DNA from: a virus
Length of the DNA: 11,460 bases
Reading direction: 5' to 3' (one strand)
UHGV virus genome: UHGV-0079874
A program made the position numbers and the translations under genes. Numbering within the stretch: the first letter of the stretch is position 1; every line of letters begins with the position of its first letter. Positions 1 through 9,271 of this stretch are shown here, one piece after another. The notes beneath the pieces were generated by a model. That model was not told the origin of the DNA. It did not search any database and saw nothing but the letters and a program-made list of their open reading frames with translations.

Positions 1-31
1 ATGGTGGTCAGTGCGTCCTGCTGATGGCTTA

Positions 32-60
32 AAATTACAAGAAAGATTGTATGTTGTAAA
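32..60 (-). promoter_or_regulatory. Candidate PL promoter (leftward): -35 TTTACA (60..55) and -10 TAATTT (37..32) with 17-bp spacer
   Basis: Read on the minus strand; hexamers abut the OL sites as expected for operator-controlled PL. An alternative -35 at 76..71 cannot be excluded. Confidence 0.35.
37..50. promoter_or_regulatory. OL operator site, 434-type 14-bp ACAA-N6-TTGT (ACAAGAAAGATTGT)
   Basis: Exact ACAA-N6-TTGT 14-mer, same family as the three OR sites at 1219-1277; lies beyond the 3' end of the cI-side operon where OL/PL is expected. Confidence 0.7.
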
Positions 61-73
61 CAAGAAATATTGT
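60..73. promoter_or_regulatory. OL operator site (ACAAGAAATATTGT)
   Basis: Second ACAA-N6-TTGT 14-mer, 9 bp from the first, matching the OR spacing. Confidence 0.7.
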
Positions 74-90
74 AAAAAGGGGCGTGAAAA

Positions 91-104
91 ACAAACTCCA
101 TTGT
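91..104. promoter_or_regulatory. OL operator site (ACAAACTCCATTGT)
   Basis: Third ACAA-N6-TTGT 14-mer; more divergent centre and wider spacing (17 bp) than the other two. Confidence 0.5.
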
Positions 105-153
105 TTTTAAATGAAAAATAGTTTATTTTTGGTTATCGAGATTGAGGTGGGGA

Positions 154-1506
<1,353 letters not shown>

Positions 1507-1514
1507 GACATTCC

Positions 1515-1546
1515 CGCTCTTACACATCCCAGCCCTGAAAAAGGGC
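1515..1546 (+). promoter_or_regulatory. nutR antitermination site: boxA CGCTCTTA (1515-1522) plus boxB hairpin GCCCTGAAAAAGGGC (1532-1546)
   Basis: boxA consensus and the lambda-type boxB stem-loop (GCCCT/AGGGC stem, GAAAA loop) immediately downstream of cro; implies a lambda-type N. Confidence 0.85.
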
Positions 1547-1622
1547 ATTACCAGAAACAAATCTCTATGGTTTTGCGTTTCTTTGCGAAGCCAACTCTAT
1601 CTAATCATTAAGGAAATTATCT

Positions 1623-1904
1623 ATGGGTACTATTGCAACTAAAAGCAAGAAAGCGGCTCGCATCGAGTCAGCCTTGCTGAACAAACTGGCACTGATGGGG
1701 CAGAAGACATTCGCTCGAGCAATGGGGGTTCCTGAATATCAGGTAAGCCGATGGAAGAATGGTTTCTTCTCGCAGGTAAGCATGATGCTTGCTGTTCTGG
1801 AATACGGAATCGAAGACGATGAAATGGCTGAATTGACTAAGCGGCTTGCCGATTACCTGACAAAAGAAAAAGCCCCGAAGAACGGCGAATTCTTCGAGGC
1901 CTAA
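1623..1904 (+). CDS. cII: CII transcriptional activator (93 aa)
   Basis: Core RIESALLNK...SRWK...[11 protein letters not shown]...DDEMA aligns with lambda CII; position after cro/nutR. Confidence 0.9.
   Translation: MGTIATKSKKAARIESALLNKLALMGQKTFARAMGVPEYQVSRWKNGFFSQVSMMLAVLEYGIEDDEMAELTKRLADYLTKEKAPKNGEFFEA
1635..1648 (-). promoter_or_regulatory. PRE-type CII-binding site TTGC-N6-TTGC (read on minus strand) inside the 5' end of cII
   Basis: Plus strand reads GCAActaaaaGCAA, i.e. TTGCttttagTTGC on the minus strand, at the same relative position as lambda PRE, directing leftward transcription toward cI. Confidence 0.6.
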
Positions 1905-1938
1905 TGTAGAAAGACTGGATCAATCCACGGGAGTAATT

Positions 1939-2085
1939 ATGACAAAACAACTCAGTCCTTACCAGGACAAAATTCACAAACACATACTACGTGATCGCTT
2001 CCTGTCCAGCTTCAAGCAGCCTGGTCGATTCCGGGCTGAGTTGGAAAAAGTGAAGCTGATGCAGAAGGAGAAAGGTCATGAGTAA
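1939..2085 (+). CDS. Small hypothetical protein (48 aa) between cII and the replication initiator
   Basis: Own reading (below the track cutoff): ATG at 1939 preceded by GGGAG at 1928-1932 with 6-nt spacing; basic protein [21 protein letters not shown]...; its stop overlaps the start of the next gene. Confidence 0.5.
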   Translation: MTKQLSPYQDKIHKHILRDRFLSSFKQPGRFRAELEKVKLMQKEKGHE

Positions 2086-2938
2086 TCTTGCAACCGTAAC
2101 ACATTTAAGGCCTTCACAACGGCCTGTGGAGCGTCGTGTGGCAGAAGTTGAAGATGGTTATACCCGTCTTGCAAATGCCCTGTATGAAGAGCTTATCGGC
2201 GCAGATTTAACGAAAAATCAGAGCAAGGTTGCCCACGCCATATGCCGTAAAACATACGGCTACGGTAAAAAGATGGATCGCATCTCTGATAGTCAGTTAG
2301 CTCAAATTACCAGGCTGCCAAGACAGAAGGTAAACAAGGCCAAGAATGAGCTTATCGCGATGAAGGTTATCCTTCGCGAAGGCCAGCAAATCGGGCCTAA
2401 CAAGAACATCGAGGAATGGCAAATAGAAGGGTGTCACTACTCTGGTGATAATGTCACTGCATTGGTGACAAAAAGTGTCACCAAAACGGTGACAGCGCTG
2501 TCACCAAAACAGGGACACACAAAAGAAACTATTACAAAAGAAAAAAGAAATAATAAAAACACTATGTCCGAAAGTGTTCGGACGGAGTGTGAAAAATCAC
2601 ATGACCGTCACGAAGAAACCGACAAGGCATTCGAGGAAATATTCTGGTGTGCAGGCATGCGGAAAGCCGGGAAGAAAAACGCAGCTTCGGCATTCAGAAC
2701 ACAGTTCAGGGAATGGCGTAAAACTACCAGGGGTACGGCAAGCGAGTTTGCCACGATGCTGGCAGAAGACATCGCATGCAGGAATGGTAAGCAGTTCGGA
2801 TTCGACAGGTTGTTACCATCGAGCTACCTGAACGGTCAACGCTGGAACGACGAGAAGCCAGAAACTATTCAACCACAATCCAAACCATCATCCGCAATCA
2901 CCGTATCGAAAACTGGCTACGTGTTTTTCGACAGGTGA
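2078..2938 (+). CDS. Replication initiator with lambda-O-like N-terminal domain; C-terminal domain unlike what I recall of lambda O
   Basis: N-terminal [61 protein letters not shown] is close to lambda O; iteron origin embedded in the linker; C-terminal about 100 aa not recognised. Confidence 0.85.
   Translation: MSNLATVTHLRPSQRPVERRVAEVEDGYTRLANALYEELIGADLTKNQSKVAHAICRKTYGYGKKMDRISDSQLAQITRLPRQKVNKAKNELIAMKVILREGQQIGPNKNIEEWQIEGCHYSGDNVTALVTKSVTKTVTALSPKQGHTKETITKEKRNNKNTMSESVRTECEKSHDRHEETDKAFEEIFWCAGMRKAGKKNAASAFRTQFREWRKTTRGTASEFATMLAEDIACRNGKQFGFDRLLPSSYLNGQRWNDEKPETIQPQSKPSSAITVSKTGYVFFDR
2428..2560. repeat. Candidate replication origin: 3-4 palindromic iterons (GGTGA-N-TGTCAC) at about 20-24 bp periodicity, then an A/T-rich tract
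   Basis: GGTGATAATGTCAC (2444-2457), GGTGACAAAAAGTGTCACC (2464-2482), GGTGACAGCGCTGTCACC (2488-2505), partial copies at 2428-2440 and 2511-2520, then AAAAGAAACTATTACAAAAGAAAAAAGAAATAATAAAAAC (2521-2560); inside the initiator gene as in lambda ori. Confidence 0.7.
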
Positions 2939-2941
2939 ACC

Positions 2942-3049
2942 ATGAAATCAAAAATCAAATCGCTACTGGTCGCTGGTTATAACCACGGCTGGTTAAGTAT
3001 TTCGTTTGTCGATTTCTGGTTTAAAAATCTCAATCTGAGGGAATCATGA
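2942..3049 (+). CDS. Possible small ORF (35 aa) coupled to the primase-helicase gene
   Basis: Own reading: ATG at 2942 just after the initiator stop (AGGTGA upstream); TGA at 3047-3049 overlaps the helicase ATG at 3046 (ATGA). No recognisable family; could be spurious. Confidence 0.25.
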   Translation: MKSKIKSLLVAGYNHGWLSISFVDFWFKNLNLRES

Positions 3050-4926
3050 CGCCAAGTGAACTTAGCGACCTGCTTTGGGCGCAGGTTGACAGGGTGGCTC
3101 CGCACCTGTTGCCAAACGGCAAGAAAGAGGGGCATGAGTGGGTTGCCGGTAACGTCAATGGTGACAAGGGAAACAGCCTTAAGGTCAACCTTAGCGGCAA
3201 GAAAAAATGGGCTGATTTCGCTGAGGGAGACGGCGGTGACATACTTGATTTGTGGATGGCATGTCGTGGAATTAACCTGCATCAGGCTATGCAGGAAGCG
3301 AAAGCATTTCTCGGTATCAAGGATGACGATCACCATTTCGATGCCAAACGTGAGAAAAAATTCTCCAGACCTGATCGCAAGAAAATCGCCCGCTACGTTA
3401 CCAGAACAGAATCCCATCTTGAGTACCTGCAATCGCGTGGCATATCGCCAGAAGTCGTAAAGCGCTACGAGGTTGTCAGCGGCAAGGTGTGGAATGGAGA
3501 ACGAGAACTTGATGCACTGGTGCTTCCGTACAAACGCGATGGTGAGTTGTTGCAGGTCAAGCGAATCAGCACTGAGCGCCCGGACGGGAAGAAAGTCATT
3601 ATGGCAGAAGGTGATTGCGAACCTTGTCTGTTCGGATGGCAGGCTCTGGACGCTGGCGTGAGGGCGGTTGTACTTTGCGAAGGCGAAATTGATTGTATGA
3701 GCTATGCGCAATACGGCATCTCGGCGTTATCCGTGCCGTTTGGTGGAGGGAAAGGCGCTAAGCAACAGTGGATTGAGTTTGAGTACCACAACCTCGACAG
3801 GTTTGAGGAAATATTCATCTCGATGGACGTTGATGATGTTGGTCGTGAAGCCGCAAGGGAAATCGCAAGCCGACTCGGTGAACATCGTTGCCGTCTTGTT
3901 ACTCTGCCGTACAAAGACATCAACGAATGCCTGATGAACGGTGTTACCGAGGATGAAATCTGGCAGTACATCGGCACGGCATCCTACTTTGATCCTGAAG
4001 AACTCTACAGCGCGCGAGAGTTTTACCAGGACACTATCAACGCTTTCTACGGCAAGCAGCAGTATCTGTTTAATCCACCGTGGGAATCTCTGGCAGATAA
4101 ATTCCAGTTTCGTGAGGCCGAGTTGACGCTGGTCAATGGTGTGAACGGTCACGGAAAAACGGAGGTTGTCGGGCATATGGCACTTGAGGCAATGCGTCAG
4201 GGTGTGAAGACGTGCATCGCGTCACTTGAGCTGAAGCCTGGTATTCTCCTTAAGCGCCTTACCCGTCAGGCGACGTGCTGCAAGATGCCGCCAGTGCTGG
4301 AAATTGACTCTGCATTTAAATTTTATGACGAAAGACTTTGGGTGTTTGGCCTGACTGGAACGGCGAAAGCCGACAGGCTGATCGAAATATTCGACTACGC
4401 TCGCCGCCGATACGGCATCCAGTTATTCATCATCGACAGCCTGATGAAATGCGGCATAGGTGACGATGACTATAACGGGCAGAAAGCATTTGTTGACTCG
4501 ATTTGTGACTTCAAAAACAAAACAAACTCCCACGTCATTCTCGTTACTCACTCCAGAAAAGGAGATAGCGAAGAAAAACCAACCGGGAAAATGGACGTAA
4601 AAGGCTCTGGAGCGATAACAGACCTGACAGACAACCTTTTTATCATCTGGCGTAACAAGGCTCGCGAGAGAGCGTTACAGAGAGTTCAGAGTGGTGAAAA
4701 GATGTCAGAGAAGGACGAACAGCTACTGGCATCTCCGGCATCTGTTTTGATGCTTGAAAAACAACGTAACGGCGAAGGTTGGGAAGGTGGTGTCCCGTTG
4801 TTCCTTGACGAGCAATCGCACCAGTTCCTGCAACTTGAATCAGGATCGCCTTATAGCTACATCGCCAATATGCCGAAATCGGAATATGACGAGGCGTGGC
4901 GACAGGAAAACGTGACGGAGTATTAA
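3046..4926 (+). CDS. Bifunctional DNA primase-helicase (TOPRIM domain plus DnaB/T7-gp4-like SF4 helicase), 626 aa
   Basis: TOPRIM motifs VVLCEGEIDCMS and FISMDVDDVG; Walker A GVNGHGKT, Walker B LFIIDSLMK, and further helicase-like motifs (HVILVTHSRK, EKQRNGEG). No CHC2 zinc-finger Cys pattern seen. Occupies the lambda P slot. Confidence 0.9.
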   Translation: MTPSELSDLLWAQVDRVAPHLLPNGKKEGHEWVAGNVNGDKGNSLKVNLSGKKKWADFAEGDGGDILDLWMACRGINLHQAMQEAKAFLGIKDDDHHFDAKREKKFSRPDRKKIARYVTRTESHLEYLQSRGISPEVVKRYEVVSGKVWNGERELDALVLPYKRDGELLQVKRISTERPDGKKVIMAEGDCEPCLFGWQALDAGVRAVVLCEGEIDCMSYAQYGISALSVPFGGGKGAKQQWIEFEYHNLDRFEEIFISMDVDDVGREAAREIASRLGEHRCRLVTLPYKDINECLMNGVTEDEIWQYIGTASYFDPEELYSAREFYQDTINAFYGKQQYLFNPPWESLADKFQFREAELTLVNGVNGHGKTEVVGHMALEAMRQGVKTCIASLELKPGILLKRLTRQATCCKMPPVLEIDSAFKFYDERLWVFGLTGTAKADRLIEIFDYARRRYGIQLFIIDSLMKCGIGDDDYNGQKAFVDSICDFKNKTNSHVILVTHSRKGDSEEKPTGKMDVKGSGAITDLTDNLFIIWRNKARERALQRVQSGEKMSEKDEQLLASPASVLMLEKQRNGEGWEGGVPLFLDEQSHQFLQLESGSPYSYIANMPKSEYDEAWRQENVTEY

Positions 4927-5010
4927 ATGACCATCTACATCACTGAGCTTGTAACAGGCCTGCTGGTAATCGCAGGCCTTTTTATTTGGGAGAGAGTAAA
5001 TCGTGGCTGA
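4927..5010 (+). CDS. Small hydrophobic peptide (27 aa), predicted single transmembrane helix
   Basis: Own reading: ATG directly after the helicase TAA (TAAATG), GGAG 6 nt upstream; MTIYITELVTGLLVIAGLFIWERVNRG. Confidence 0.45.
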   Translation: MTIYITELVTGLLVIAGLFIWERVNRG

Positions 5011-5209
5011 GTTAATTTTCTCTGCATTGAGGATTCTCGGTGCTATGTGGATGGTGGCGACGTTCATTGTTGTTGCCAGCAGTTTTGTCCGGTTGGTAGG
5101 CGAAGGTAAAGACCTGGTGGGTGTGCTTTTCGGTAGCATTTTCCTGTGGGTGATTATCGGTGTTATGCCTGTTGTCGTAGCAAAAGTGGCGTGGCGTTTT
5201 GTGAGTTGA
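5003..5209 (+). CDS. Small membrane protein (68 aa, two predicted TM segments)
   Basis: GTG start with GGGAGAG 8 nt upstream; overlaps the previous small ORF by 8 nt; very hydrophobic. Antisense and alternate-frame ORFs here look like artefacts. Confidence 0.55.
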   Translation: MAELIFSALRILGAMWMVATFIVVASSFVRLVGEGKDLVGVLFGSIFLWVIIGVMPVVVAKVAWRFVS

Positions 5210-5216
5210 GGTAACG

Positions 5217-5663
5217 ATGAAGCAAATATACATGCTTCGCAACGAAGCAATCAGAAACAACGCCATAGACGCAATACTCTCACTTCCGATCGACGACAAG
5301 TCACCTCACGAAGTCCACGTTAGAGAACCCAAACGCAGCAAAGAGCAGAATGACCGTATGTGGCCGATGCTGAACGATGTTTCGCGTCAGGTGCTATGGC
5401 ATGGTCAACGGCTGGCGCCGGAAGACTGGAAAGACCTGTTCACTGCCCTGTGGCTTAAGACCAAAAAACTGGAGCAACGAAGTGTGCCTGGTATCGACGG
5501 TGGCGTTGTCATGCTTGGCGTGCGTACCAGCAAAATGCGAAAGGCCAGCATGACTGAGCTTATCGAAATCATGTTCTGGTTCGGCTCAGAGCGCAACGTG
5601 CGGTGGAGTGATGACTCCCGGCGAGAGTATGAATGGTCACAACGAAAAGGGAAGGCTGCATGA
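5217..5663 (+). CDS. ninB: NinB (Orf-family recombination mediator)
   Basis: Alignable along its length with lambda NinB ([33 protein letters not shown]-terminus); SD GAGG upstream. Confidence 0.9.
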   Translation: MKQIYMLRNEAIRNNAIDAILSLPIDDKSPHEVHVREPKRSKEQNDRMWPMLNDVSRQVLWHGQRLAPEDWKDLFTALWLKTKKLEQRSVPGIDGGVVMLGVRTSKMRKASMTELIEIMFWFGSERNVRWSDDSRREYEWSQRKGKAA

Positions 5664-6187
5664 CTATCAAATCAAATACGCCAGCACACGACAAGGACTG
5701 CTGGCAAACGCCGCTTTGGCTTTTTGATGCACTGGATATTGAGTTTGGATTCTGGCTGGATTCGGCAGCGAGCGACAAAAATGCTCTGTGCGCTCACTGG
5801 CTAACTGAGGCCGACGACGCGCTCAATTCTGAGTGGGTAAGCCACGGTGCAATCTGGAATAACCCACCGTACAGCAATATCAGGCCGTGGGTGGAAAAAG
5901 CCGCTGAGCAGTGCATACAACAGCGACAGACGATAGTGATGCTTGTGCCAGAGGATATGTCTGTCGGATGGTTCAGCAAGGCTCTGGAGAGTGTTGACGA
6001 AGTTCGCATCATTACTGATGGACGGATTAATTTTATCGAACCATCGACAGGGCTGGAGAAGAAGGGAAACAGCAAAGGTTCCATGCTGCTGATTTGGCGA
6101 CCGTTCATCAGTCCTCGACGGATGTTTACTACCGTATCCAAAGCGGCATTGATGGCGATCGGGCAGGGCGTCAGGAGGGCGGCATGA
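5660..6187 (+). CDS. Phage Dam-like DNA N6-adenine methyltransferase
   Basis: NPPY catalytic motif (IWNNPPYSN) and N-terminal W-x-TP-x-W-L-F-D signature; ATG overlaps the ninB stop (ATGA). Sits where lambda has ninC/ninD. Confidence 0.8.
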   Translation: MTIKSNTPAHDKDCWQTPLWLFDALDIEFGFWLDSAASDKNALCAHWLTEADDALNSEWVSHGAIWNNPPYSNIRPWVEKAAEQCIQQRQTIVMLVPEDMSVGWFSKALESVDEVRIITDGRINFIEPSTGLEKKGNSKGSMLLIWRPFISPRRMFTTVSKAALMAIGQGVRRAA

Positions 6188-6366
6188 GACGACAGCGACG
6201 AAGTATCACCGACATCATCTGCGAAAACTGCAAATACCTTCCAACGAAACGCTCCAGAAATAAACCCAAGCCAATCCCAAAAGAATCTGACGTAAAAACT
6301 TTCAACTACACGGCTCACCTGTGGGATATCCGGTGGCTTAGAGAACGTGCGAGGAAAACAAGGTGA
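6184..6366 (+). CDS. ninE: NinE (60 aa)
   Basis: [27 protein letters not shown]... matches lambda NinE as recalled; ATG overlaps the methyltransferase stop. The track ORF from 6094 is a TTG-initiated extension. Confidence 0.85.
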   Translation: MRRQRRSITDIICENCKYLPTKRSRNKPKPIPKESDVKTFNYTAHLWDIRWLRERARKTR

Positions 6367-6533
6367 TTGACCAAAATCGAAGTTACGAACAAGGAAGTGT
6401 CGAGCGAGCTTTAACGTGCGCTAACTGCGGTCAGAAGCTGCATGTGCTGGAAGTTCACGTGTGTGAGCACTGCTGCGCAGAACTGATGAGCGATCCGAAT
6501 AGCTCGATGCACGAGGAAGAAGACGATGGCTAA
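6363..6533 (+). CDS. ninF: NinF (56 aa, Cys-rich)
   Basis: Own reading: GTG start overlapping the ninE stop (GTGA); [55 protein letters not shown] matches lambda NinF. Confidence 0.75.
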   Translation: MIDQNRSYEQGSVERALTCANCGQKLHVLEVHVCEHCCAELMSDPNSSMHEEEDDG

Positions 6534-7137
6534 ACCAGCGCGAAGACGATGTAAAAACGATGAATGTCGGGAATGGTTTCACCCTGCATTCGCCAATCAG
6601 TGGTGGTGCTCTCCAGAGTGTGGAACCAAGATAGCACTCGAACGACGAAGCAAAGAACGCGAAAAAGCGGAAAAGGCAGCAGAGAAGAAACGACGACGAG
6701 AGGAGCAGAAACAGAAAGATAAACTTAAGATTCGAAAACTCGCCTTAAAGCCCCGCAGTTACTGGATTAAACAAGCCCAACAAGCCGTAAACGCCTTCAT
6801 CAGAGAAAGAGACCGCGACTTACCATGTATCTCGTGCGGAACGCTCACGTCTGCTCAGTGGGATGCCGGACATTACCGGACAACTGCTGCGGCACCTCAA
6901 CTCCGATTTGATGAACGCAATATTCACAAGCAATGCGTGGTGTGCAACCAGCACAAAAGCGGAAATCTCGTTCCGTATCGCGTCGAACTGATTAGCCGTA
7001 TCGGGCAGGAAGCAGTAGACGAAATCGAATCAAACCATAGCCGCCATCGCTGGACTGTCGAAGAGTGCAGGGCCATCAAGGCGGAGTATCAGCAGAAACT
7101 CAAAGACCTGCGAAACAGCAGAAGTGAGGCCGCATGA
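6526..7137 (+). CDS. ninG: NinG/Rap (recombination-associated structure-specific endonuclease)
   Basis: 203 aa; N-terminal Cys cluster, lysine/glutamate-rich coil, C-terminal HNH-like CxxC...H motifs; matches lambda NinG. Confidence 0.9.
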   Translation: MAKPARRRCKNDECREWFHPAFANQWWCSPECGTKIALERRSKEREKAEKAAEKKRRREEQKQKDKLKIRKLALKPRSYWIKQAQQAVNAFIRERDRDLPCISCGTLTSAQWDAGHYRTTAAAPQLRFDERNIHKQCVVCNQHKSGNLVPYRVELISRIGQEAVDEIESNHSRHRWTVEECRAIKAEYQQKLKDLRNSRSEAA

Positions 7138-7340
7138 CGTTCTCAGTAAAAACCATTCCAGACATGCTCGTTGAAGCATACGGAAACCAGACAGAAGTAG
7201 CACGCAAACTGAAATGTAGTCGCGGTACGGTCAGAAAATACGTTGATGATAAAGACGGGAAAATGCACGCCATCGTCAACGACGTTCTCATGGTTCATCG
7301 CGGATGGAGTGAAAGAGATGCGCTATTACGAAAGAATTGA
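7134..7340 (+). CDS. ninH: NinH (68 aa, small DNA-binding protein)
   Basis: [37 protein letters not shown]... matches lambda NinH; ATG overlaps the ninG stop. Confidence 0.85.
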   Translation: MTFSVKTIPDMLVEAYGNQTEVARKLKCSRGTVRKYVDDKDGKMHAIVNDVLMVHRGWSERDALLRKN

Positions 7341-7983
7341 TGGCAGCAAATACCGAAATATTTGGGTAGTTGGCGATCTGCACGGATGCTACACGAACTT
7401 GATGAAAAAACTGGAGACGATAGGATTCGATACCAAAAAAGACCTGCTTATCTCGGTTGGCGATTTGGTTGATCGTGGTGCAGAGAACGTTGAATGCCTG
7501 GAATTAATCACATTCCCCTGGTTCAGAGCTGTACGTGGAAACCATGAGCAAATGATGATTGATGGCTTATCAGAGCGCGGAAACGTCAATCACTGGCTGC
7601 TTAATGGCGGTGGCTGGTTCTTTAATCTCGATTACGACAAAGAAATTCTGGCTAAAGCTCTTGCCCATAAAGCAGAAGAACTTCCGTTAATCATCGAACT
7701 GGTGAGCAAAGGTAAAAAATATGTCATCTGCCACGCCGATTATCCTTGTGACGAATACGAATTTGGAAAGCCAGTTGATCATCAGCAGGTAATCTGGAAC
7801 CGCGAACGAATCAGCAACTCACAAGACGGGATCGTGAAAGAAATTAAAGGCGCGGACACGTTTATCTTTGGTCATACGCCAGCAGTGAAACCACTTAAAT
7901 TTGCCAACCAAATGTATATCGATACCGGCGCAGTGTTCTGCGGAAATCTCACATTGATTCAGGTACAGGGAGAAGGCGCATGA
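7318..7983 (+). CDS. ninI: NinI Ser/Thr protein phosphatase (lambda PPase, calcineurin-like)
   Basis: Metallophosphatase motifs GDLHG, GDLVDRG, GNHE; 221 aa from the ATG at 7318 (GGAG 8 nt upstream). The track ORF from 7243 is an upstream extension overlapping ninH. Confidence 0.9.
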   Translation: MRYYERIDGSKYRNIWVVGDLHGCYTNLMKKLETIGFDTKKDLLISVGDLVDRGAENVECLELITFPWFRAVRGNHEQMMIDGLSERGNVNHWLLNGGGWFFNLDYDKEILAKALAHKAEELPLIIELVSKGKKYVICHADYPCDEYEFGKPVDHQQVIWNRERISNSQDGIVKEIKGADTFIFGHTPAVKPLKFANQMYIDTGAVFCGNLTLIQVQGEGA

Positions 7984-8603
7984 GACTCGAAAGCGTAGCT
8001 AAATTTCATTCGCCAAAAAGCCCGATGATGAGCGACTCACCACGGGCTACGGCTTCTGACTCTCTTTCCGGTACTGATGTGATGGCTGCTATGGGGATGG
8101 CGCAATCACAAGCCGGATTCGGAATGGCTGCATTCTGCGGTAAGCATGAACTCAGCCAGAACGACAAACAAAAGGCTATCAACTATCTGATGCAATTTGC
8201 ACACAAGGTATCGGGGAAATACCGTGGTGTGGCAAAGCTCGAAGGAAATACTAAGGCAAAGGTACTGCAAGTGCTCGCAACATTCGCTTATGCGGATTAT
8301 TGCCGTAGTGCCGCGACGCCGGGTGCAAGATGCAGAGATTGCCACGGTACAGGCCGTGCGGTTGATATAGCCAAAACAGAGCAGTGGGGGAGAGTTGTTG
8401 AGAAAGAGTGCGGAAGATGCAAAGGTGTCGGCTATTCAAGGATGCCAGCAAGCGCCGCATATCGCGCTGTGACGATGCTAATCCCAAACCTTACCCAACC
8501 CACCTGGTCACGCACTGTTAATCCGCTGTATGACGCTCTGGTGGTGCAATGCCACAAAGAAGAGTCAATCGCAGACAACATTTTGAATACGGTCACACGT
8601 TAA
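7980..8603 (+). CDS. Q: Late-gene antiterminator Q (lambda-type)
   Basis: 207 aa, essentially lambda Q along its whole length, including the Zn-binding CRDCHGTG...CGRCKG region. Confidence 0.97.
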   Translation: MRLESVAKFHSPKSPMMSDSPRATASDSLSGTDVMAAMGMAQSQAGFGMAAFCGKHELSQNDKQKAINYLMQFAHKVSGKYRGVAKLEGNTKAKVLQVLATFAYADYCRSAATPGARCRDCHGTGRAVDIAKTEQWGRVVEKECGRCKGVGYSRMPASAAYRAVTMLIPNLTQPTWSRTVNPLYDALVVQCHKEESIADNILNTVTR

Positions 8604-8645
8604 CAGCATGATTGCCACGGATGGCAACATATTAACGGCATAATA

Positions 8646-8700
8646 TTGACTTTTTGAATAAAGTTGGGTAAATTTGACCCAGCGATGGGTTAATTCGCTC
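8646..8700 (+). promoter_or_regulatory. PR' late promoter with qut site: -35 TTGACT (8646-8651), -10 TAAATT (8669-8674), start near 8681, -10-like pause element AGCGAT at +1..+6
   Basis: 17-bp spacer between hexamers; the sequence is near-identical to the lambda PR'/qut region as recalled. Confidence 0.7.
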
Positions 8701-8874
8701 GTTGTGGTAGTGAGATGAAAAGAGGCGGCGCTTACTACCGATTCCGCCTAGTTGGTCACTTCGACGTATCGTCTGGAACTCCAACCATCGCAGGCTGAGA
8801 GGTCTGCAAAATGCAATCCCGAAACAGTTCGCAGGTAATAGTTAGAGCCTGCATAACGGTTTCGGGATTTTTTA
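8681..8874 (+). ncRNA. 6S RNA-like short PR' transcript (about 194 nt) ending at tR'
   Basis: Distance from the inferred PR' start to the tR' U-tract matches the lambda 6S RNA length; boundaries approximate. Confidence 0.55.
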
Positions 8875-8876
8875 TA
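8815..8876 (+). terminator. tR' intrinsic terminator
   Basis: Long hairpin (ATCCCGAAAC ... GTTTCGGGAT) followed by TTTTTTAT. Confidence 0.8.
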
Positions 8877-9271
8877 TCTGTGCAACAGGTAAGAGCATTC
8901 TCCCTTATGGGGCTTGGCTTAAATGCATTGAGTGCTCTTTCCGTTGTGCTGAATTAAGCGAGTACCGGAAGCAGAACCGGATCACCAAATGCGTACAGGC
9001 GTCATCGCCGCCCAGCAACAGCACGACCCAAACTGAGCCGTAGCCACTGGCTATCCTGAATTCATCAGTGATAGTTACGCTGCGGCCTTCTACATATGAC
9101 CTTCGTGAAAGCGGGTGGCAAGAGGCTGCGCTAACAACCTCATGCCGTTTTGCCCGTGCATATCGGTCACGAACAAATCTGATTACTAAACACAGTAGCC
9201 TGGATTTGTTCTATCAGTAATCGACCTTATTCCTAATTAAATAGAGCAAATCCCCTTATTGGGGGTAAGAC

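Noticed and set aside
2574-2831. 85-aa alternate-frame ORF inside the initiator gene
   Set aside because: Same strand but different frame within a gene with a clear lambda-O-like domain; no independent signals.
2977-3711. 244-aa ORF on the minus strand
   Set aside because: Entirely antisense to the well-supported primase-helicase gene; no recognisable motifs; typical shadow ORF.
3727-4176. 149-aa and 91-aa minus-strand ORFs (3727-4176 and 3702-3977), and plus-strand alternate-frame ORFs at 3056-3460, 3473-3661, 3704-3934 and 3941-4126
   Set aside because: All lie inside the primase-helicase coding region in other frames or antisense; low-complexity translations; no start signals.
4840-5299. 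Minus-strand ORFs 4840-5250 and 5012-5299
   Set aside because: Antisense to the helicase 3' end, the small membrane ORFs and ninB; the plus-strand genes have SD signals and coupling, these do not.
5405-6318. Minus-strand ORFs 5405-5596, 5569-5778 and 5794-6318
   Set aside because: Antisense to ninB, the methyltransferase and ninE, which carry recognisable motifs; shadow ORFs.
7100-7589. Minus-strand ORFs 7100-7291 and 7389-7589
   Set aside because: Antisense to ninH and ninI.
8106-8487. Minus-strand ORFs 8106-8345 and 8251-8487
   Set aside because: Antisense to Q, which matches lambda Q along its full length.
8604-9271. tRNA genes or a CRISPR array in the Q-S intergenic region, where some lambdoid phages carry tRNAs
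   Set aside because: No cloverleaf-compatible segments or spaced direct repeats seen; the region is fully explained by the lambda-like PR'/qut/6S RNA/tR' elements and the S leader.
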